From Chrysomallon squamiferum (taxonomy: Eukaryota > Animalia > Mollusca): a stretch of DNA of 64,000 nucleotides. This document shows, piece by piece, positions 1 through 12,100 of the stretch; position 1 is the stretch's first letter, and each line of letters begins with the position of its first letter. Made by a program: the position numbers and the translations under genes. The DNA lies in the NCBI GenBank assembly GCA_012295275.1, contig CM022668.1:8618001-8682000 (forward strand), read 5' to 3'. The notes beneath the pieces are model-generated. The model was given only the letters and a program-made list of their open reading frames with translations, did no database searches and was not told the DNA's origin.

Positions 1-641
1 TCATTACGACCATGTTTTTATAAATATGCGTTGTATTTATTATGTGTCAGGATTTAAAAACAAAACAAAACAAAACAAAAACCTGCTTAGCATGCATGTT
101 TGGTGACATGAAAAAAAATCGTATAAAATAGTATAAATATATTGGCATATTTCGAACTACAGTTTTATTTATTTATTTATTTGTTTATTTATGAATATTC
201 TTTTAGCTAATGAGTTAAAAACAAAAACAATAATAACATATACAAAGAAGCACTCCAACTTATACATAAAATTAACAAATTCACACAAGCACGTACGCAC
301 GCGCGCACACACACAAACACATGCTTACATATCTATTTCAAAAAAAAAAAAAAAGACTATTATTACTTTTACTTCTACTACCACTCTGATATTACTACTA
401 CTATCACGTATTTTTAGTATTAGCGTAACTATTACTACAACCATTTCTCCTAATCTTTAAAGAAAAAAAACAAAAACACAACAAAACTATAACAAAAATG
501 TTGAAATACGTGAATACATGAAAAGTTTTAGGAAAACTCAAATTAACAAAGATATTCAGATAAAACAAATTTTATTTAGTAACAGAATGTTGAACACAGC
601 AAAAGTTCGATTTTGAGTGAGACTGTTCCACACCGTACAGA

Positions 642-2255
642 TCATACTGAAATAAATTATGTGTAAATAAATTAAACCATCCATCCATTATCTATATGTT
701 TGTCTACCTACTTACCTACCTACCTATCGATCCATTCATCTATCGCTCTGTCTGTCTGAGTATCTGTCTGTCTATCCGTCTGTCTGTCTGTATATCTATC
801 TATCTATCTCTATTTATCTATGTGTCTATCTAGAAAGTAATCATTATAAAAGCAAAAATAAAGAAATAAAATTAAAAATTAAAATTAAAAATTAAAATTA
901 AAATTAAAATTAAATAAAGGAAAAAATAGGAAAAGAAATCAAAGAAAATGGTAAAAATAAATCATAACAAAAAGAATACATTATTATATTATATATAATA
1001 TTATCAGTATAGGAAAAGATAACTCTTTGTTTAGATTTCGGATTTGAAGGGTGCCGATTTGTACAGAATATCTTATATTAGACATACTTTATTATATTAG
1101 TAAAAAAAAAAATTATATCACTGAAACATTAAACTATTTAAAAACATTTGCTACTTACTGTGAACAATCGTTTACACTAAGAAATCTATTCTACGATGAG
1201 GTACTTCTGAGTAAAGACAAGTGTATGTTCGACTATTGTACTATTATTACTTGCCCCAACAGCACGTTTTGTCATTAACACAGATGTAGTCGTGCTGAAC
1301 GACTCCGCCGCTGACGTTGAGACAGCGTTCTCTGGCAGTTCGACGCTACCGGGTTATTTCAGCAGTCTGGAAAAAAATAATAATAAAAAAAATAAACGAA
1401 GAAAAGGAACACTATTAGTCACAATACACTTGTCTGAGTACACATTCAAGTACTACTAGAAGTAATCTATGAATGGATTGAGAAAGAAAAGAAAAGAAAG
1501 AAAACGAAGAAGAGATAAAGGAAATGAAAAAAAAAAAATAATAATAATACAATAAAGTAAAATAAAATAAAATTCAGGGAAAAAACCCAGCAACAAACAA
1601 ACAAACAACAAAATGTTGGAAAAGGAAAAAGATAAAGAAGGAAAAGCTACCATAAACTCTGAATATCAAATAACAAGTTAAGATACATTTTAGGTAATCT
1701 GAATTACCGATAAAACAAACAGTCATAAAAAACCGACAAAAAAGAGAGCATTTTTATTTAAACACTTAAAAAAATGTACAATTTTTACATCAGATTAGAA
1801 ACTGCACATTTATTTTGCCGGCTACTTCAAAATACGTTTACATCAAGTTAATAATTACATTCAACATTTCGTGTTTTAGTATGTTCTCTCAACCTAACAC
1901 TAATACATGTATTCCAAGAATATTTCATTAAACTAACTTTCAACAAATGACCAAGGAAATACTTGGTATCAACCTTAAATTAATAAATACGGCATCTTTA
2001 TCAACGTATGTTAATGTTGTTTTTTTCTTCTTCTAAATGACGGTTTGAATAAACAATATTTAAACTTTTATATTATAACTGTATTTTGTAATGTTTTTCA
2101 TTTATTTTTATTGATATTATTACTACATTTTGGAAAACATTAATTGCACTTTTTTGCATTGTTGCTAGATTTAGTACTACTACTGCTTTCAATATCATTC
2201 CTTCTTCTGTTGTAGTTGTTGTTGATTGTTATTGTTACTGTTATTGTTGCTGTTG

Positions 2256-2308
<53 letters not shown>

Positions 2309-3753
2309 ACTACCATTTTATTACTATTATTACTATTACTGCAACTGGTGAAAAGACTTACGTAATGTTTCTAAATCTGAAAAATAAATAAAAAACATAT
2401 AAATGACAGTTATATTAAACACAAACATTGATACAAACACACAGACGCACACACATATATACATAAAAATAGGTCAATCAAAACAGAAAATAGTATTAAA
2501 GAATTACCGTTGCCATAATTAATACTACTATTATCAAAATAACAAGAACTACTACCAAAGGGTAACATTAAAGTTTTGTCTCACGACATTTATCAAAAGA
2601 TCAGTCTTATTATATTCACACGTTCTGAGTAGCATGGCCCAAACTTGATAGGTTTTCACGAAAAGTATTTTTTTAAACACTCAGCATACCTGTAGCCTTC
2701 CTAGTCGTGAATGTTGGGTTGGCTTAAATGTTTACCTTCAAAAGATTATCATCCACCTATTTAGGTTTTCCAGAGCGATTTGCACTTTCTAAGCTGAATC
2801 ACCATGTTTGAATTTTGCAAACCGTCTCTGAAAATGTGATTCGTACACAGCGCCTACCGTACCTACTACCGATACAGTTTACAAACCGCTATACACGTTT
2901 CTTCAGCGTTTTCACCCTTTTTAAACTAGAAAAGCATTACGTGCAGAAAATGCAAATTTTGGTTATCCACTTTTGGCCTTGATAAGAGCTCAGAAAAGTT
3001 GAGCTATATTGATTTTGGGTGTGCGTCGAAAGCCAGTTGGTTATCACGTGTTGACAGTTAGCTGTCGTACCAACATTACCCGCAGCGTCTATTCACACAA
3101 CAGTTGAAGTTGCTAAGACATTTACGGACACTACCGCCATTACTGTTGCAACGACTTTTGTTTCTGCTACTAACACTACAACTACTATTAACACAACTAC
3201 TAAAACAATAAGCACTATTACAACTATTATACGTATCAGCCGCTATTACAGCTACTATTGCTACTATCCCTACTATCACTGCCAGTATCACTATTTCTCC
3301 TACTACCACTGTTGTTACTAATTTTATTACTATTGATACTACTGTTTTTATTCGTAGCAAGCTATCCATTACTACTATTAATACTATTACAGCTATTAAT
3401 ACTTCTTCTACTATTTTTACTAGTACCATACATTCCATTATAGTATTACTTCGACTAATACTGTTAATAAAACATATGGTATTATTACTACTACTTTACT
3501 GTTACTTCTATTACCGTTATTGATATTATTTTTGCTACCAGGTATTTTTATTATTAGCATAAATATTATTACGACCATTACTGCCAGTACAACTATTATA
3601 TTAAAAATTTCTGTTGTTCCTTTAGTACAAACTCATAACAGAAAAATCTACAAAAAATAATTTACCGAGGGTACTGTGTTTATCATGGACAGATGCACCA
3701 AGTACAACCGTACACACAGCTGCGACAACGGCAATGACGATACACGACTTCAT
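642..3753 (-). pseudogene. P1: secreted six-Cys (defensin-like) peptide gene, disrupted
   Basis: Exon 1, 3753-3666: MKSCIVIAVVAAVCTVVLGASVHDKHSTL, phase-1 GT donor. Micro-exon 2376-2362 (15 nt, DLETL; ttttcag/gtaagt). Cys exon 1366-1255 (112 nt, i.e. 117 minus 5): C*NNPVASNCQRTLSQR..[frameshift]..GGVVQHDYICVNDKTCCW. It has an in-frame TGA at 1361-1359, Cys3 replaced by Arg, and a GC donor. Putative terminal exon 646-642 (V*), AATAAA at 576-571. Confidence 0.8.
2560..3081. mobile_element. Possible non-autonomous insertion (MITE-like) in P1 intron 1
   Basis: A complex, GC-richer block between simple-repeat flanks, bounded by short imperfect inverted ends (GGGTAAC...ATTACCC). No target-site duplication confirmed. 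Confidence 0.25.
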
Positions 3754-3843
3754 GTTGTTTGTGTTCGTACTGAGATGTGCTGGAGAACTACGTTATAAGA
3801 CGCAAGTCTCTCAGACTGGTTTGTTTATCACTGCAAGAGACAA

Positions 3844-3851
3844 TGCCACGT
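3844..3851 (-). promoter_or_regulatory. ACGTGGCA element upstream of P1
   Basis: TGCCACGT on the + strand, 91 nt upstream of the P1 ATG; TATA-like TATAA near 3793-3797. The same motif occurs at paralogues. Confidence 0.6.
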
Positions 3852-4396
3852 ATATAACAAGGATTATAAAATCCAAAATAATGAATATGCATAACTATAT
3901 GAATTAAAATATTTGTTTTTACTTGGTTAAGTGAAAGACATCTGTCATATAGAGGCCATAATAAAGAAATAGATAGATAGGTAGATAGATAGATAGATAG
4001 ATAGGTAGATAGATAGACAGATAGGTAGATAGATAGAGAGACAGTTAAATAAATAAATATGGATAACATACATACATAAAGATACGTACGAATAGGTGCC
4101 ATACGTTCGAGTCTCATCAACGGAATCTGACGGATTTGTCAGGTCGCGACTGGACTTTGTCCTCCTGCATCAGGGCGTTCACACAAATATCCATAAACAT
4201 TATACAGAAACATATAGAGTACATACTATTAGATACATACATACATACATACATACATACATACATACACATATATAAATAATAAGGCGAAAAATACCAA
4301 ATTTGCTTTATTTATCTGGAAACAAAAAAAAATAAAAGAAAAATAAAACAACAACAACAAAGATAAAATAAAGATACAAGCAAAAACAAACAAACA

Positions 4397-4469
<73 letters not shown>

Positions 4470-5160
4470 AATAAAAAACAACAGGAAAAAAGAAAAAAAA
4501 CACAAACAACATCGAACGAAAGAATGAACTAAAAAACAACAATTAATTTGAAAAATGGAATGAATCATAATGCTATGGTGTCACTTTTAAAAAACTGGAT
4601 TAACGTTGTTATGTCTATTCCGATTTGTGTCATGCTCATAGCATTTTCATTCATTCATTTAATCTGAAAAGAAAAATGTCTTCATTTTAATATGAACACT
4701 TTGAGTATGATGTTGGTAAACTGGTAGATGTAATGGTTTTGAGACAATGAAGAAATACATAGTAACAGAATTCGTATGCTTTAATAATGAAATGATCTTT
4801 AAAATGCTTCGAAATTTAACACAAAATGTTAAAAATGTTTATTTGCATAGCTATTTACAGGGTTTTAACTAAGGTTTTTCTTTTCACCGTATCATTTATT
4901 ATAGATATTGTTGTTCGATACTTGGGTTTCATTTCTGTATTCATTCATTAATCTAGTTTTGGTTGTAAGTATTGTAACATACATAGGTGGCCAAATGAAA
5001 TCCGGATTTCGATTCGTGTTTCTGATGAACCCTTTTGTTAATAGTAAATCAGAATCTGTAACAAATAAAATTATGAAATTATTAGAGAACGTTTCAAGCC
5101 ACAAATTATTTATGTTGCTTACAAAATCCACATGTTTTATTTGTCACATAAACAGCATTT

Positions 5161-5191
<31 letters not shown>

Positions 5192-5630
5192 TTTTATTTA
5201 TTTATTTTTTTTTTTTGACGTTTGATAAACATATATAATGTATTGATAAAACTGGCATATTTCTCTGTGTTTCTTTTCTTTTTCTACGTTTTCTTTTCTT
5301 TCTTTCTTTTTTCTTTTCTTTAATTATTTGCAAAAATTGTGTTTATTTTTGTGTGTTAGTGGTTTGCCCTTACCGGACGTTTATTTTTTTATTTTTACTT
5401 TTTTTTAGTGAGGGCTAGACACATTTTTTACGTCATTGATTTGAAGCACTAATATACTACTGAAAATTATCGGAACAAGCGTTTGTTTAGTTAAAACATT
5501 GTCGTTTGTTTGGAATAATTTATTTGTTTATTTTTCTCTTTAGATGTTCTGATTTTTGAAATTCAAATAATCAAGAGTTGATTTAATACATTCAGTTTGT
5601 AATTTCGACTCTACTAGAACTTTTTTGCAG

Positions 5631-5694
5631 TTATGAAACGTGCAGTGAAACATGCTTGCCTAATAGCGATCCACTAAACACATTTGTTTAACAG
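5631..5694 (+). other. Probable 5'-UTR exon of the giant repeat-protein gene
   Basis: ttttttgcag acceptor and CAG|gtaagt donor. The next acceptor (ttttacctcttcag) ends at 6096, 80 nt before the ATG at 6176. Confidence 0.5.
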
Positions 5695-6175
5695 GTAAGT
5701 AATTATTCTCTAAAACTGGACGGAAAAAAAATAGAAAGGCAAATACATTCTGTGAATTTACATATGTATACTCGTTGTGAAATATTTAAGACAATAACAA
5801 AACAAATATTTGTGATTCGGCACATGGCGTATTTGTTCGTCATCTTGAAAATGTGACGTCAAATGAACTAAGTCATTAAACATTTATTAAACTCCTGTTT
5901 CATTTACTTATTATTGCAAAATCGTTAAGTTTCTGAATTGCATTTTATAAGTCTGCAAAAGTAGATGATATGAAATTTAATGAAGATTATGTGTACACAT
6001 ATACAAAATAAAGAAGGAAAATGTACGGACGTTAAATAAGAAATATAAATATAAAATAGTTAATTACTTTCTCTAATTGCATTTTTACCTCTTCAGACGT
6101 GTTCGTTGTGCTTAGCTGCCGTTAGGAGTAATCCATGCAGGCTAAAATACATTTATTCTGCATAACGTAACAACA

Positions 6176-9100
6176 ATGAACAAAACAGTTATAATCCATA
6201 AAGTTGAAGAAATTTCATCTAGTTCATCTAGTTATGGATCATCTAGTGGGTCAGAAACAGAAAATGGAGGCGGCCAGCAGGCTACTCATGTGAAAAAGAT
6301 AACACGAATCATCAATGAACGTTCATCCTATTCTGGATCATACTCAGGATCCGGATCGTACTCTGAATCAGCTGAGCATAGTGAGTCAGAAGCGGACAGA
6401 GGACAAGTGAGAAATGTAAAAAAGATAACACGAGTAATTAACGAAGAATCATCCTATTCTGGATCATACTCAGGATCTGGGTCATATTACGGATCCCAAG
6501 AATCATCTCAATATAGTCAATCAGAAGAGGGCGGAGCACAAGTGAGACATGTAAAAAAAATAACACGAATCATCGATGAAGGTTCATCCTCTTCTGAATC
6601 ATACTCAGGATCTGGATCATACTCTAAATCATCTGAGCATAGTGAGTCAGAAGAAGACAGAGGACAAGTGAGAAATGTAAAAAAAGTAACACGAATAACT
6701 AAGGAAGAATCATCCTATTCTGGATCATATTCCGGATACTCCGGATCCTCGGGATACAAGTATAGGGATTATGGAGGGTCAGAAACTGAAAGTGGAAGTC
6801 AGAAGCAGGGAGCTACCGTGAAACATGTAAAAAGAATAACGAAAGTCATAGACGAAGGATCATCTGGATCATACTCGGGGTCTCGATCATACTATGGATC
6901 TAAAGAGTCGATTCAATCACAAGCAGAAAGTGGAAGTCAGGGACAGACTGCTGGAGTGAAGCGTGTAATAAACATAACACGAGTCGTTGATGAAGGTTCA
7001 TCCTACTCTGGATCTGGATCATACTACGGATCTCAATATGCGGACGACAGTTCAAAAACAGAACAAGGACAACAGAAACAAGTAGCCCATAATAAAATTG
7101 TGAAAAAAGTAACAGAAATTGACGAAGGTTCATCTTACTCTGAACCTGGATCATACTACGGATCCCAGTATTCGGAAGAGAGCTCGAAATCAGAAAAAGG
7201 ACAACAGAAACAAGTAGCGAATAAGAAAATTGTGAAAAAAATAACAGAAATCGATGAAGGTTCATCCTACTCTGAATCTGGATCATACTATGGATCCAAT
7301 TATACGGAAGAGAGCTCGAAATCAGATAAAGGACAACAGAAACAAGTAGCCAGTAAAAAAATTGTGAAAAAAATAACAGAAATCGACGAAGGTTCATCTT
7401 ACTCTGAACCTGGATCATACTACGGATCCCAGTATTCGGAAGAAAGTTCGAAATCAGATAAAGGACAACAGAAACAAGTAGCCAGTAAAAAAAATTGTGA
7501 AAAAATAACAGAAATCGACGAAGGTTCATCTTACTCTGAACCTGGATCATACTACGGATCCCAGTATTCGGAAGAAAGTTCGAAATCAGATAAAGGACAA
7601 CAGAAACAAGTAGCCAGTAAGAAAATTGTGAAAAAAATAACAGAAATCGACGAAGGTTCATCTTACTCTGAACCTGGATCATACTACGGATCCCAGTATT
7701 CGGAAGAAAGTTCGAAATCAGATAAAGGACAACAGAAACAAGTAGCCAGTAAGAAAATTGTGAAAAAAATAACAGAAATCGACGAAGGTTCATCTTACTC
7801 TGAACCTGGATCATACTACGGATCCCAGTATTCGGAAGAAAGTTCGAAATCAGATAAAGGACAACAGAAACAAGTAGCCAGTAAGAAAATTGTGAAAAAA
7901 AATAACAGAAATCGACGAAGGTTCATCTTACTCTGAACCTGGATCATACTACGGATCCCAGTATTCGGAAGAAAGTTCGAAATCAGATAAAGGACAACAG
8001 AAACAAGTAGCCAGTAAAAAATTGTGAAAAAAATAACAGAAATCGACGAAGGTTCATCTTACTCTGAACCCGGATCATACTACGGATCCCAGTATTCGGA
8101 AGAGAGCTCGAAAGCAGAAAAAGGACAACAAAAACAAGTAGCTGGTAAGAAAACTCTGAACATGGGTGAAAGGCAAGGGAGTAAGTTAATGAACATTTTT
8201 CAGCGTATTGGTCAAACGGTAAATCAGCAAAATGAGAGGTCAGATGGGAAATCAAACGAAACCAAAAAAGGTATCAAAGACAGTGAAAAGGCGAAACGCG
8301 ATGACGTCAGGAGACGAGGCAAAGATAAACAACAGGAAGATGGACCACGAACAGCTCAGAGTCGTGCCGTAGGTGCAATGCGGACTGTAAAAAACAATGA
8401 GTCATATTACGAGTATGAAAGATCGCACAAAAGAAAGGAAGGTAAGAATAAAAAGGCGAAAGGAAGGCGTAATAAGCAGGGAGGTACTCCTAATCGTAAA
8501 CTGTCTATGACAAAGATTGTAGAAATTACCGAGCAATCTCCAAAAAGGAAGAATAAGAATAAGAAAAGAGAATATGAGCAAGTAGAACAAACTCAGACAG
8601 ATGATTACGGAACACGATCAGCTAGGAAAGGAAAAATCCGTAATAAGCCAGCAGTCGCAAAAATACTAGGAAGCCATGAAGGTGTGGGGCAGAAACTATT
8701 AGAAAGTAGGAAAGGGAAGGAAGAAATATTAAGAAACAATGAATGGTATGGCGCATCATCAGGTGGTGGAGTATTAGGTGGTACGGAGCCTTATATACCT
8801 GGTCATGCCACGAAAGAGTATGAGAAAGAATCAGGTAGGACACCTGTGTATGCAGAATTATTAGGAGGTAAGGATAGGAAGGTGACAGGTGCGAGGCTGG
8901 GTAAGCGGGAGGGTGGTACTACACGTGTTCTTTCTGTGACAAAGATTTTAGAAGCTAACGAGGAGGGTTCATCTTATGGATCTGAAAAAGGTGGTAAAGG
9001 TAAAGGAGTTAAGGATAAAGAGATAAAAGAATTACAAGTATGGAAGGCAGGATTCGGTAAAGGATTAGAAGACAGGGAAAGATATGGGGAAGGATTTGGG

Positions 9101-12100
9101 GAAGAGGAAGGATATGGATTAAGTTTGGGTCCCGGGAAAAGCAGAGAAGGACTGGGTATGACAGACAATTATGGAGCAGGAGCAGCTAAGAAAAAACACG
9201 AAGAAGAACCCCATAAGCAAGCAGTTGCAAAATTACTAGGAAGCCATGCAGGTTCTTATCAGAAAATTTTACAAAGTAAAAGAGGGCAAAGGGGAGGATT
9301 GAATGACGATCAGTGGTATTCGGAAGCATTGATAAGCAGTGAATGGTATAGGGAACCATCAGAAGGCGGAGTATTAGGTAGTACCGCGTCAGGGTATGGA
9401 AGAGGAACAAGTAGGCACCCGGCATATGCAGCATTACTAGGAGGTAAGAAGGCAGATAGCCCTAGACGTGTCGTATCTGTGACAAAGGTTTTCGAAATTA
9501 GCGAAGAGGGTTCATCTTATTATGGGTCTGATAAAGCTGGAAAAGCTAAAGGAGGCAAGGATAAAATGACAAAAGATATGTTTGGGAAGGAAACACAGGC
9601 AGAGCACGGTAAAGGAATGGGTGGTGATACAGGCTATGGAGAAGTGAGTGACGTGGGGGGATACGTTGGTGGATTAGACGCTGCGAAAGGAACTGAGGGT
9701 TATGGAGCAAGATCAGCTGAGAAAGGATACGGAAAAAAAGAATCAGGTAGAAAACCTGCGATCGCAGAATTACTAGGAGGTAAAGAAACTAAAGATAAGA
9801 AAGGGAAAGGCGCGGGGCTGGGTAAACAGGGAGGATTGGAAAGAAATTATGGATATGGAGGAGGATTCCGCAGGCTAGAAGAATATGTGGAAGGATTCCA
9901 GGCTGGGAAGGGTTATGGAAAAGGAGTAGGTGGCAGACCAGCATTTGAAGATGGATTAGGTAAAGGAGAAGGATTTGGTAGGCGTGAAGGTTATGCAGAA
10001 TCAGCTGAGGAAGGATACGGAAAAGGATTGGGTAGGAAACCAGCATTAGCAGAATTATTAGGTGGAAGTGAAAGATCTGGGGAGGGCTTAAGAGGCGGGA
10101 CACCACATGGGGAAGGAGTAAGGGCTGGGAGAGGCTATGGAGAAGTACTCGGTGGTAGGAGAGGGTTTGAGGAAGGATGGACAGAGGAACAATATAGTGA
10201 AGAAAGACCAAAACCGTCACCTGGTAAAGAAGTGCAGGCGGAAATGTTAGGTAGGAGAGGAGGTCGAGGTGAAGGGGTAAGAGGATGGACAGGATATGGA
10301 GAAGGACCAAGTACTACGAAGGGCTATGGAGCAGGAAAGGGGGTAGAGTTATTAGGTGATAGGAAAGGACGTGGAGAAGGATTATATAGGAAGAAAGCAT
10401 TCAGAGAAAGTCGGTTTGGCAGTGAAGGGTTTGAAGACGAATCAGATGCTGGGAAAGGCTACGGAGGAAGAAGATTAGACGACAAGGTTGATTATGCAGC
10501 AGGTGCAGATGATCAAGGATATGGGAAAGGATCGGGTAGGAAGCCAGCATACGCAGAATTACTAGGGAAAAAGTCAGGGCAAAGGATAATTTTAGAAGGT
10601 AGAGAATTGTATGGAGGAGGATCTAGTGGAAGAGGACGCAAGGAAAAATTAGATAGCAACGAAGGATATGGAAAAGGACCTGGTGGAAGATTTCCAGTGG
10701 AAAAAGGGTATGGGGAACGATTAAGTAGGACTGAAGGCTATGGAGAAGGAATAGATGGCGCAAGACCGTACGGAGAACACTATGGCGGCGGTTATGGAGA
10801 AAGATTCAGTAAATGGAGAGACTTTGAAGGAGGTCCAGATACCAGAAAATGGTATGGAGAAGGAATAGGTGGCAGGTCATGGCCTGTGGAAAGTCGTGGT
10901 GGTAGAAGTCTGTATGGTGAAGGGTTAGTAGGTAAAAGTCCGCATGGAAATTTGTTAGACGGAAGAAGCATGTTTGGAGAATCATCACGTAGAGGTCAAT
11001 ATGGAGAAGAACTAGATGAGAGAAGTCCATATGGAGTAGGCATACGTGGTAGAGGTCCGTATGATGAAATATTAGGTGGTACAAGTCCGCACGGAGAAGA
11101 ATTATTTGACAGAGGTCAGTATGGAGAACGATTCGCTGGTAGAAGTCGGCAAAGGGAATGGTTAGGTGGTAGAGGTCCGTATGGAGAAGGGTTAAGTGGC
11201 AGAAGTCCGCTTGGACAAGGAACAGGAGTCAAAAGTCAATATGGAGAAATATCAGGTCTTAGAAGTCCTTATGGAGAAGATTTTGTTGATAATAGTCAGT
11301 ATGGAGAAACGTTTAATAGTAGACGTCCGTACGGAGAACGATTAGGAGATAGAAGTCAGTTTGAAGAAGGACCATGGGATAGAAGTCAGTATCGAGAAAG
11401 AACAAGAGCCAGAAGTGAGTATGGAGAACAGTTAGCTGGTAGAAGTCCGTTCAGAGAAGGGATAGTTGCTAAAATTCCACATCGAGAAGGGTTAGGTGGT
11501 TTAATTCAATATGATGATCGACTAGGAGGTAAAGAGAGACCAGATGATGCAGATCAGTATGGAGAAGGATTAGCAGGTAGAAGTCCATATGGAGAAGGTC
11601 CAGATGACAGAGATGGCCGTCGAGCATTAAGCAAACAAAACAGATTTGAACAAAAGAGACTTGAATATGAACAGGTATTTCAGCCTGGAGATAAGCAGGT
11701 TGATGGAATGCAAAGCAGGCGCAACAGATCAGACGTTATAGCAGATTCAGGAAAAGAATCAGGAAGAGAGCCTGTAGAGATTTTTCGACTTAAAAATGCA
11801 ACTCCAGCCATTAAAACAGAGTATATAAAAGGAGATTCAGATAATAGGTTTGGGCATGGAGGAATTTCAAGAGAAGAAGATGGATTTGAAGATGGTTCGG
11901 ACCGAAGTACATCACCATATTGGTTAGGTGCATCTAACAGAAGAATGCAGTATCGAGCAAGCCAACGTGGTGAAAAACCATTAGATGAGATAGAAAGTAT
12001 GGGACCAACTGATGATTGGGTAAATCAATTAGGTGGCACTGAAGAGTATAAAGGGTCATTATTAAAATTAGAAAAAGGATCAGCTAGAAGTCCTGGAGGA

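Noticed and set aside
1359-1361. Selenocysteine recoding of the TGA in P1
   Set aside because: The TGA is not at a cysteine position and the same exon has a frameshift and another Cys loss.
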